Notes under the pieces: model-generated
Database searches by the model: none
What the model was told of the DNA's origin: nothing
The model's input: only the letters and a program-made list of their open reading frames with translations
NCBI RefSeq assembly: GCF_963921235.1
Contig: NC_086097.1
Location: 174,408,001-174,472,000 of the forward strand
Length of the DNA stretch: 64,000 bases
Direction: 5' to 3'
From: Mobula hypostoma
Taxonomy: Eukaryota
Part shown: positions 24,693-35,073 of the stretch, piece by piece
Layout of the letters: every line of letters begins with the position of its first letter
How positions within the stretch are numbered: position 1 is the stretch's first letter
Made by a program: the position numbers and the translations under genes

Positions 24693-27512
24693 TGTAGCGA
24701 TTACTTGAAAACAAACCAAAACCGCTGAGAGACTAAGTCAGGGTGTTCGTCCATCGTCGACGTCGATGAGGACCTCGACACCATTATTATGGTGTCGAGA
24801 CTAGCGCGTTGTTTGGATTTAAGTGAGGGAGAGTTGCGCAGCGTCAGCCTCACGCTCTCTTTCCAATTCCCATCTGGATCCAGTGGCAAGACAGAGTTGA
24901 GACGACTGGAGATAGGACTAGGCACAGTGGATGACCAGGACGTCTTCTGTGTCTTGTCCTGCTCTACACATTCAACGACGCTTGCAGAGACCGCCTTCTT
25001 GACCGTTGGACCTTTGGTTTCGTCTTCTCAATCTGCTGGAGTCTGTCTTCACATGCTGGAATAGACAACTCCCTTATTTCACCAAGGGTTTGAGACCCGT
25101 TGGCTACCCTCACCTGGTTTAGCCGGCTTGTCGAAGCCATTGCCCAGGGTGTGGCCGCTGTCGCATGCAAACAGCTATGGAGAGCCACAGGTGAGTGCTG
25201 AGTGCCAGGTGGGGACCAAAGTCAGGGTAATCAACACTGTATAACAAGCTTCCAAATAACAAATTTTCAAATCGAAGAAGTTATGTTTGACCCTTAATTA
25301 CGAAGCCAGCAAAGATGAACAATCTTGTAGCGTTAGCAATATAGTGATTTTAGTGTTCAAATTAGTGTAACTAAGTGTTTCAATCAGTGATCAAATAGCG
25401 ATATAGCAGTTTAACTTGCCCTCTAATTTATCAGCATTCGAATAGCGTAACTAAGCATTCTAGTAATGCTCCAGTTAGTGGTTTAGTTAGTGAAATAATG
25501 AAGTTAGTATAACTAATTAGCGTATTTAAGCGGTCTTCCAACACATTTGTTTTTCAATAATCATTGGCATGCAATTAATGCAGTTAAATCAACCTTTGAT
25601 TTAATGCATGCAGAGGAAACAGTAGATACAGAATATTTTCTTCCTGCAGCAGAGCTTCAAGTGCTGACATTAGACACACTGTCATTTGATTTCATGTCAT
25701 TCTGTGGGTCATCTGCTCTATGTGTAGTCAAAACATGCCTTAGAATTGGAGAAAAGTTGTCTGATGGAAGGTGAGACACATATTCACTTGTTTTAACAAC
25801 TTAACCTTCAATGTAACATGTTTGGTTCACATTTGTTTCACATCCCCTGTGAATGCACTTCTATAGCCATCAATGATTGTCTTCCCTGCTTGCCCTGGAG
25901 AGGTAATGAGATTAGCATTTGATGTTCTTTAGCAACAGCTTCACAGAGATTAGTCAATTTCTTGAGATGAGGTTGCAATTGTGAGGCATTTTCTTTAATT
26001 TTCATAAGATCATTAATTGATTTTGTTCACATTTGTTTCATGCTCCATTTGAAGACTTTTGATTGGATTAGCCTCAGTTTTAGGTTTAAATTCTCTTTTG
26101 CAAGCCCCAACTGCAGGATCATTGGCACCAATCCCATGCTTTGATGCACTCATGTTTCTTTCTCTAGTTGCACGACTCACAATTAACTCTGTTTGCCCAC
26201 AGCTCCAGCAATATTCGATTTAATAAATGTAGTCAACAAACAGTCTGCGCATCCACAGCGCCTAAACCAGACTGAACAGACAGACTTCAATTCAAATGCC
26301 CACACCCAGAATATTTCAGCATTTCAATAAAACAAAGTGACAAACCCTTAAGCAAACACCACATGATCGAGCAATGGTCTCCAGTGGACGGGTACCATTG
26401 TCCATTCAAAACTGTGTTCAAACCACAAACACACAGCATGAATCAACAAAACGTCACAGATAATCCTATTGCAAGCCGTTCCTTTTCCCGAAGTGTTATT
26501 TTCAGTGTTTTGATTCTAATTTCACCAATGGGTCCGAGGCAGTCCTTTGCCATAGACTGGTGCTTGTTTGGTATAACTTTTTTTTTGTTGACAAATGTTG
26601 GGATTACTTGAAAACAAACCAAAACTGCTGAGAGACTAAGCCAGGGTACTTGATACTATATGACACTCTTCCAAATAACGAATTTCCAAATTGAGAAAGG
26701 TACATTTGATTCTTTGTTACGAAACGAGCAAAGATGACTGATCTTGTAGCAATTAAAAAAAAACTAGTGAAACTAAATTAGCAATATAGCGATCTTAGCG
26801 TTTAAATTAGTGTAACCAAGTGTTCCAATTAGCAATGGAATAGTGATATAACAGTCTAACTTGCCATCTAATAGCGATATTAGCATTAGAATAGCATAAC
26901 TAAGAATTCTAATAACGTTCCAATTAGGGATCTAGTTAGTGAAATAATGAAGTTAGCGTAACTAATTGGCGTATTTAAGCAGTCAACAAAAAAATATCAT
27001 TCCCCGTGGCTCAACCTCTCTCCGCTAGATTAAATTAAACAACTAAGACAAAGCGTGAATACATAACTATACTAATTTGCTTCTACCACACCCCAATCCA
27101 CGTGACAGATTGGCGTGATAAATGGAAACCCTCTTCGTCAAGATTCTGAACCTTCATGGTGGAATTGAGGTGAACCGGCTGGGGGTTTAAAAATCCATTT
27201 AATTCCTTTTTGAAGGATATCACTGATCCATGAATGATCCCACTTTTTGATGGTTGTTCACAACTCACGCTCAGCTCCAACTAAGTTTGTTGCATTATCA
27301 GAGCACAGTTCACAAACCTGTCCTTGTCTTGCTATAAAGTATTGAAGTGCGTTAACAAAGGAATCTGTGTCTAAAGAAGATGCCACTTCAATGTGAACAG
27401 CTCGTTAACTAGACAGGTAAATATGAACCCGTATGACCTCATACCTCTTCACAGTACTCCTGTTTTTCATCTCAAAAGGTCAAGGTAGTCCACTCCTACA
27501 CGTGTAAACAGA
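24693..27512 (-). mobile_element. BEL/Pao LTR-retrotransposon remnant (integrase fragment, LTR, gag N-terminus, partial second LTR)
   Basis: My minus-strand translation of ~27512-27180 gives [60 protein letters not shown]; diverged direct repeats 24693-25535 and 26596-26985; gag-like DSVSNVST..SSACIKSKVDLTALIA at ~25560-25720. Confidence 0.82.
24745..25218 (-). mobile_element. Non-coding RTE-type retroposon with 10-bp TSD, inserted in the LTR
   Basis: AAGTCAGGGT at 24735-24744 and 25219-25228; the sister LTR lacks it; CpG-rich; perfect 11-bp hairpin 24774-24799 near the 3' end. The RTE assignment is by recalled resemblance to RTE 5'UTRs. Confidence 0.7.
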
Positions 27513-28769
27513 GTCAAAATGTGAATATGTAACTATACTCATTTGCTTTTACCACGCCCCAACTGCTGTCTGGATGAAGAAGCCCCCCCCTCCCCCCCCC
27601 CATATTCCCTCTAAATCTTTCCCCTATATTGTCCTATATCTATGTCCTGTGGTTTTATTTTCCTTTGATACGGGGAAATGTTTCCTGCAGTCTACCCTAT
27701 CAATATCCCTATAATGTAATTGGGTTAACCATGTCCTGTTTTGACCCTCTGTGCTTCAGGGAAAATATGTAGCTTCTTCAGTCATTTCTCATAACTGAAC
27801 TGCTCCATTCCAGGCAACATCTTGGTGAATCTCCTCTGTGTCCTGTCCCAACACATTCTTTATTAGTATAGTGATCAGAAATGCATGTTTTATTTCAGCT
27901 AAGGTCTGATTGAGGTTTTGTAAAAGTTCGAGCATAACTGCCGTATTTAATGCCTCAACTAATGAAGGCCAGTGTTTCATATGAGTTCCTTACCATGTTA
28001 TCTACCTGTGTTGTCACTTTGTAAGGATCTATTGCCTTGTTTTCCACATGTGGTTACACAAAAAATTCACCGTTAACTTTGAAGAATGCTGTTTAAACAT
28101 AGTGATGTGTTTCTGTTATTTATCTTATTCTCCTGCTTTTGATGGAGAAATTCATTTTCTTCATTAGTTCTCAGTGCAGTGGATCCATCTTAGTTAGTGT
28201 ATGCTTCATGCGAGGGTACACACTCCAGTGACTTGAAGACAAGAACATAGATGGATATCACCATGTAATGGGGTGCTGCATTGATTGCAGGTGCTGCCTT
28301 TCTCAGGTGCTGTTAAACCTAAGGCTTCATCACCTTTCACAGGTAGATACAAAATTCTGTCACATAAGACCTTGTAGCACTATTTGGAAAGTAAGCAAGG
28401 AAGATCGCCATTTATCTGATTTTCTTCCCCCTTGAAAGGATTTAGACATTCTTGAATAATTGTTTTGAGCACTTTTTAATTTGCTCATGGCATGCAGACA
28501 TTCTGAGTAATTACTGTTCATCCCCATTTCCCCCTACTAGGTGGAGTGCTGTGATTTTCAAAGAAATGGTCGTAGGAATGGTGTACAGTATGTACTGAGT
28601 GTAAACTTGCATTGACCACAGGTGCACAAGTTAAAGTCCTAAACTGAGGCAAGACTAATTTTGGTGGCATTTTCAAAGACAGAAACCATAGAAAAAGTAC
28701 AGCACAGAAACAGGCCTTTTGGCCCTTCTTGGCTGTGCCGAACCATTTTCTGCCAAGTCCCAAACTTGC

Positions 28770-31700
28770 GAAGGTTGATTGAGAAAGGCTGTTAGCAGGT
28801 TAAAGAGCAGGTAGGAAGCTTTTAAAAGGGAGAAAGGACTGCATTCAGGGACAACTTGTTCCTGTGAGAATGAAGGGCGAGGCTGGGGCTGTTTATCCTG
28901 GAGTGAAGGAAACTGAGGGTTGATCAGAGGAAAGAGTGGCCAATCAGAGAGATCAGAAGGCTGAGAAGACATAGTTCACTCAGGTTCGCTGATCAAGTAG
29001 AAAAGGCAGCAACTTGTGGCAGTTTTGAAGCTTTGAGTAGTGGCCAATCAACATTTGAGATTGATTAGCAAGAACAAATTAAAGTAAGGCAGGGGCAAAC
29101 AGAGTGACCATTGTCACAGTAGCCATCATTGGAATGGACAGTTAGAGCGAAGATTTTGAGACTTTAGCTTTTCAAGGCTTCAGTGAGGAGAGGCTTGAGT
29201 GAGAGGAAGCAAAAAAAAAGCTGTAGGTAGTGTTTTTCCCCCTCCTTCTTTACATTTGCTCAATTAGAACAGTAGAGATGGCAGATAGGATAGTGGAGTG
29301 TTCCTCTTGCAGGATATGGGAAGGCAGGGAGACCTCCTGTGTTCCTGACAACTGCACATGTGAGAAGTGTATCCAGCTGCAGTTTCTAGCATTCTGCATT
29401 TCAGAGTTGGAGCTGGAACTGGATGAACTCTGGATCATACGAGTGGCTGAAAGTGTGGTACATTGTACATAGAGAGAGGTAGTTACAGCCAAGGTGCAGG
29501 ACACAGGGAACTGGGTGACAGGAAGAGGAAAGGGGCTAAGCAGCAGGTACAGAGTACCCCTGTGGCCATCCCCCTCAACAACAGGTATATCACTTTGGAT
29601 ACTGTTGGTGGTGGTGGTGGAGGGAGGGGGGGAGGCGTGGAATGACCTAGCAGAGGAAAGTCACAACGGTCAGGTGTCTGGCATTGAGTCCGACTCTGCG
29701 ATTCAGCAGGGAAGAGGGGAGACGAACCAAGCTGTGGTGACTGGGGATTCGTTAGTTAGGAAACTAACTAACTTCTGGTCGCCCTACTACAGGAAGGCTG
29801 TGGAAATCATAGAAAGGGTGCAGAGGAGATTACAAGTTGTTGCCTGGATTGGGGAGTATGCCTTATGAAAACAGGTTGAGTGAACTTGACCTTTTCTCTT
29901 TGGAGCAACAGAGGATGAGAGGTGACCTGATAGAGGTTTATAAGATGAGAGGCATTGATCGTGTGGATAGTCGGAGGCTTTTTCCCAGGGCTGAAATGGC
30001 AGCCACAAGAGGGCACAGGTTTAAGGTGCTTCGGAGTAGGTACAGAGGAGATGTTTTTTACACAGAGAGTGGTGAGTGCGTGGAATGGGCTGTCGGAAAC
30101 AGTGGTGGAGGTGGATACGATAAGGTCTTTTAAGAGACTTTTGGATAGATACATGGAGCTTAGATAAACAGAGGGCTCTGGGTAACCCTAGTAATTTCTA
30201 AGGTAGGGACATGTTCGGCACAACTTTGTGGACTAAAGGGCCTGTATTGTGCTGTAGGTTTTCTATGTTTCTGTGTTTTTCTATGGAACACAAAGGAGGT
30301 TCTGTGTATGAGATTTCTAGATCAGCGGTCCCCAACCACCGGGCCGCAAGGCATGCGCTACCGGGCCGTGAGGAAACGATATGATTTGGTGATATGAGTC
30401 AGCTGCATCTTTCCTCATTCTCTGTCACGCCCACTGTTGAGCTCAAACGCACGCGAGCTCATTATGCATGCGTCATCCACATCAGAGCGGAAAGGATATC
30501 AACTCCTCGAGCTTGCAAATGATGGCAGGCTAAAAAGTATGTTTGACATAACATCTCTGCCAGCATTCCGGATCAAAGTCAAGGCTTAATATCCTGCGAT
30601 AGACACGGAAGCACTGAAAACATTGCTTCCATTTCCAACATATCTTTGCAGTGAATGCAATGAAAACTAAATTGCGCAATAGACTGGACATAAGGAACCC
30701 ATTCGAGTATCGCAGTCTCCCATCACTCCTCGATAGGACCGTCAGGAAAACAAGTATTCAGCCCAAGGCTCCCACTGATTTAGCGATGTTGGTATGTTGC
30801 AATGATTTTATATGTTCATACGAGGAAAATATGCGCTGTGTGTTTAATATCCAAATGTTACTTAAAATGTTATGATGCTATTGACTTATAAGTGACTTAT
30901 ATAACCATACAACAATTACAGCATGGATACAGAACATCTCTGCCCTTCTAGTCCGTGCCGAATGCTACTCTCACCTCGTCGCACCGACCTGCACTCAGCC
31001 CATAACCCTCCATTCCTTTCCTGTCCGTATAGCTGTCCAGTTTAACTTTAAATGATAATATCGAACCTGCCTCTACCACTTCTACTGGAAGTTCGTTCAA
31101 CACTTACTTCAAGCTCCCCTGATAATTGACTTATCGCTATATTCATGCGAGGAAAATATGCGCTGTGTGTTTAATATTAAATTTGTTAGATAAACCCTTT
31201 TGGAAACAAAATTGAGTGTATTAGCCACTTATCATCTATATTCCGGTCGTGATTAACACCCCCCCCCGCCCCCCGAACAGAATCGCCAAAAATGATTTGC
31301 AGGAAACAAATCACACATGCACACTGGTGCCCGCGCAAGGCTTCATGGTCATTGTAGTCTTTCTCGGGATAAACACAATGTTTTTGACTGCTACTCTTGT
31401 CCATTGGCAACCATTCCCCCCCCCCCCCCACCACTGGTCGGTCGGTCCGCAAGGATATTGTCAATATGAAACCGGTCCACAGTGCAAAAAAGGTTGGGGA
31501 CCCCTGTTCCAAATGGTACGTTGACTCCAGCGTGCCGGGATTCAGGTCACCTTGGATTGTGTCTTCAGCGTTCTTAAGTGGGAGTATGAGCAGCCAGAGG
31601 TTGTGGTCCATGTATGCACCAATGACATGGGTAGGAAAAGTGTCAAGATACTGCAAAGGGAGTTAAGGGAGTCTGATGCTAAGTTAAAGGGCAGGACTTC

Positions 31701-33110
31701 TAGGGTTGTGACTTCAGGATTGCTACCCGTGTCACATGCTAGTGAGGCTATAACTAGGAAAATTATACAGTTTAACACATGGCTAAGGAGTTGTTTTAGG
31801 AGGGAGGGCATAAGATTTTTGGATCATTGGGCTCTCTTCTAGGGAAGGTGAGACCTGTACGGAAGAGATGGTTTGCCCCTGAACTGGAGGGAGACTAGTA
31901 CCCTACAGGAAGGTTTCTTAATTCTGCACAATGGGGTTTACACGAGAGTTGCAGGGGGATGGGAACCGGAGTGCCAGAACAGTTAGTGAAGAGGTTGTGG
32001 AGACGGATGTTGGTAAGATCATAGATAAAGTCAGGAATCAAAAGGTTGAGAATGGTGTGACTGGTGTGCTAAGCTACGTATATTTCAATGCATGAAGTAT
32101 CATATGAAAGGTGGATGAGCTTCGGGGCATGGATCAACACTTGGATTTATGATATTGTAGCCATTAGTGAGAGCTGGTTGCTGGAGGGGCAGGACTGAAA
32201 GCTCAGTATTCTGGGTTTCCATTGTTTTGGGTGTGACAGAGCAGGAGGGATTAAAGGTGGAGAGGTGGCATTACTAGTCAGGGAAAATGTCACAGTAGTG
32301 CTCAGTCAGGACAGACTGGGGTTGAAAAATGGCAAATGGAATTTAATGCAGACAAATGTGAGGTGTTGCATCAACCAGGGTAGGTCTTACACAGTGAACA
32401 GTAGGGCACTGAGAGGTGTGGTAGAACTAAGGGATCTAGGAATACAGGTCCATAATCCATTGAAAGTCTCATCACAGATAGATGGGGCCGTGACATAAGT
32501 TTTTGGCATATTGGCCTTCATAGATTAAAATATTCAGGAATTCAGGAGATGGGATGTTATGTTAAAGTTGTATAAGACGTTGGTGAGGCCTAATTTGGAG
32601 TAAAGTGCACTTTTGGTCACCTACCTACAGGAAAGATGTAAATAAGGTTGAAAGAATACAGAAGAAATTTAGAAGGATGTTGCTGGGTCTGAGTTATAAG
32701 GAAAGATTGAATAGGTTAGGACTTTATTCCTTGGAATGCAGAAGGTTGATGGGAGATTTGATAGAAGTGCACAAAATCATGAGGGATATAGATAGGTTAA
32801 ATGCAAACATTTTTTTTCACTGAGTTTGGGTGGGACTACAACCAGAGGTCAGGGTTAAGGGTGAAAGGTGAAAAGTTTAAGGGTAACATGAGGGGAAACT
32901 TCTTCAGAAGGTCATGATAGTGTGGAATGAGCTGCCAGTGCAGGTGGTGCATTTCAACTTTTAAGAGAAGTTTGAATAGATACATGGATGGTCGGGGTAT
33001 GGAGGGCTGTGGTCCTGGTGCAGGTTGATGGGAGAAGGCAGTTTAAATGTTTTTGGCATGGACTATATGGGCTGAATGGCCTGTTCCTGTGCTGTACTTT
33101 TCTATGACTC
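28770..33110 (+). mobile_element. CR1 LINE (5'UTR, ORF1 zinc finger/esterase, internally deleted ORF2), with nested CR1 3' fragment (~29770-30285) and hAT
   Basis: MADRIVECSSCRIWE..CTCEKCIQLQ, TGDSLVR, VVVHVCTND; ORF2 end FWSPTYRKDV..GDLIEVHKIM; nested copy ends in (TTCTATGT)n. Confidence 0.85.
30323..31506 (+). mobile_element. Non-autonomous hAT (Charlie/SPIN-Buster type) element
   Basis: TIRs CAGCGGTCCCCAACC / GGTTGGGGACCCCTG; imperfect 8-bp TSD TTCTAGAT (30315-30322) / TTCCAAAT (31507-31514); transposase remnant MKTKLRNRLDI. Confidence 0.9.
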
Positions 33111-33203
33111 TGACTTTATAGGGGTTCCTAAAGTCTTGAGAGGCATAGATAAAGTGAATGGTTGCAGTCTTTTTCCCAGGGTGGAGAAGACTTAAACTTG
33201 AGG

Positions 33204-33389
33204 AATACACACAAAGTGCTGGAGGAACTCAGCAAGCCGTGCAGCATCTATGGAAAAAAGTACAGTAGAGGTTTTGGCCGGAAACTTTGACTGTACTTTT
33301 TTCCATAGATACTACCTGGCCTGCTGAATTCCTCCAGTATTTTGTGTGTGTTGCTTGTATTTCCAACATATGTGGATTTTCTTTTGTTT
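33204..33389. repeat. Fold-back (palindromic) Penelope-tail element
   Basis: Two pLTR tails joined in inverted orientation, arms ~33204-33272 and ~33284-33352, centred on TTTTGGCCGGAAA. Confidence 0.85.
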
Positions 33390-33639
33390 CTTAAATTAGA
33401 GAGCATGGATTTAAGGGGAAACATTTAAAGGGGACTTGAGTTTCAAGCTTTTCATACAAGAGAGTGGTGGCTATATGAAGCAAACAGCCAGAAGATCTGG
33501 TAGAAGTGGGTCCAATTGCAATGTTTAAAAAACATTTATACAGGTACAAGTATAAATGTGGTTAAGAGGGATATCAGCCAAATGCAGCGAAATGGGAATA
33601 TCTTCATGAGGCACCTTGGTTTGCATATATGAGTTGGGC

Positions 33640-34150
33640 AGAGACTTGAAACTGCTCACCCTTTCCATTGTTGATCCCTCGATGAGGTCTAGCATGTGTC
33701 CCTTTGACTTGCCCTTCCGGAAGTCCACAGTCAGTTCCTTGGTCTTACTGACACTGAGTGCAAGGTTGTTGTTGTGACACCACTCAACCAGCTGATCTGT
33801 TTCACACTTGTACACCTCCTTGTCACCATCTTATAGTCACCCAACAATAGGTATGACATTGACAAATTTATAAATATCATTTGAGCTGTGCCTAGCCACA
33901 CAGGATAGGTGTAGAGAGAGTAGACCTGTGGGCTAAGCACACATCCTTGAGGTGTACCATTGTTGATTATTGGTGAGGAGGAGATGCTGTTTCTGATCTG
34001 CACTGACCTGTGGTCTTCTGATGGGAAAGTCAAGGATCCATTTACAAAGGGAGGTACAGAGGCCCAGGTTTTGGAGCTTGCTGATTACTACTGAGGATAA
34101 TGGTGTTGAACACTGAGATGTAGTCAATAAACAGCAGTCTGACAGAGGTA
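33640..34150 (-). mobile_element. Rex1/Babar-type RT fragment
   Basis: GTPQGCVLSP, WCHNNNLALSVSKTKELTVDFRK. Confidence 0.8.
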
Positions 34151-34274
34151 TGCTATTGCTCTCATGGGCTGAAAGGCTTGTTTAGTGGTTTACTGTTCTA
34201 TTTTCCATGTTAATTAAAGATGCAAACATTGCAGGTTGGTAGCAGAAAATTCTGATAAGTGCCAATGCAAAGGG

Positions 34275-34504
34275 GAGGGAACGTCGACTCAGACCATGAG
34301 AGGCCTGCGTCGGGCATTTTCATGCCTTACAAGGCGCAAGTTGGAAGTCTTTGTGGGGCGCCACTCCTTGCACAGACACTAGAGCAATGTGTGGTTAAGT
34401 GCCTTGCTCAAGGACACAAACGTGCTGCCACAGCTGAGGCTGAAACTAGTGACCTTCGGATCACTAGACGAATGCCTTAACCACTTGGCCACGTGCCCAA
34501 CATG
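34275..34504 (-). mobile_element. tRNA-derived CORE-like SINE with 11-bp TSD
   Basis: Minus strand: A box TGGCCAAGTGG, tRNA-like head, CORE-like GTGTCCTTGAGCAAGGCACTTAACC; AATGCAAAGGG at 34264-34274 and 34505-34515. Confidence 0.85.
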
Positions 34505-35073
34505 AATGCAAAGGGTTAAGAAAAAACTCGAAAAGACTTTTAGGAAAACAAACAGGAAGTAAAAAATTAAATGATCAAAGAACATAAAAGGAACATAAAA
34601 CATAAAATATTGACGTCAATAACAAAAGGGTTAGAGAATAGGGCTTTGAAGGGAGAGGATACTGTCTCAAAGTTCAAAGTAAAACATCTACTGCACAATT
34701 TCCATCGGTACAGGAGCAGCACAGGGATGTGTGCTTAGCCGGCTGCTCTGTTCACTTTACCCCTATGGTAAAGTGGCAAAGTACAGCTCCAACACCATAT
34801 ACAAGTTTGCTGATGACACCATTGCTGAGGGTGTATCAAATGTGATGATGAGTCAGCATCCAGGAGGGAGACTGAAAATTTGGCCGAGTGGTGTAATAAC
34901 ATCAACCTCTCAATGAATGTCAATAAGACCAAGGAACTGATTGTAGACTTCAGAAGATGGAAACCAGAGGTTCATGAGCCAATACTCATTGGAGGATCAG
35001 AAATGGAGAGAGTCAAAAACTTTAAATTCCTGTAGTCACTATCTCAGATGACCTGTCCAGGGCCCATCATATA

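Noticed and set aside
34430..34502. tRNA gene
   Set aside because: It is the head of a TSD-flanked SINE; the B box is degenerate and no full cloverleaf is evident.
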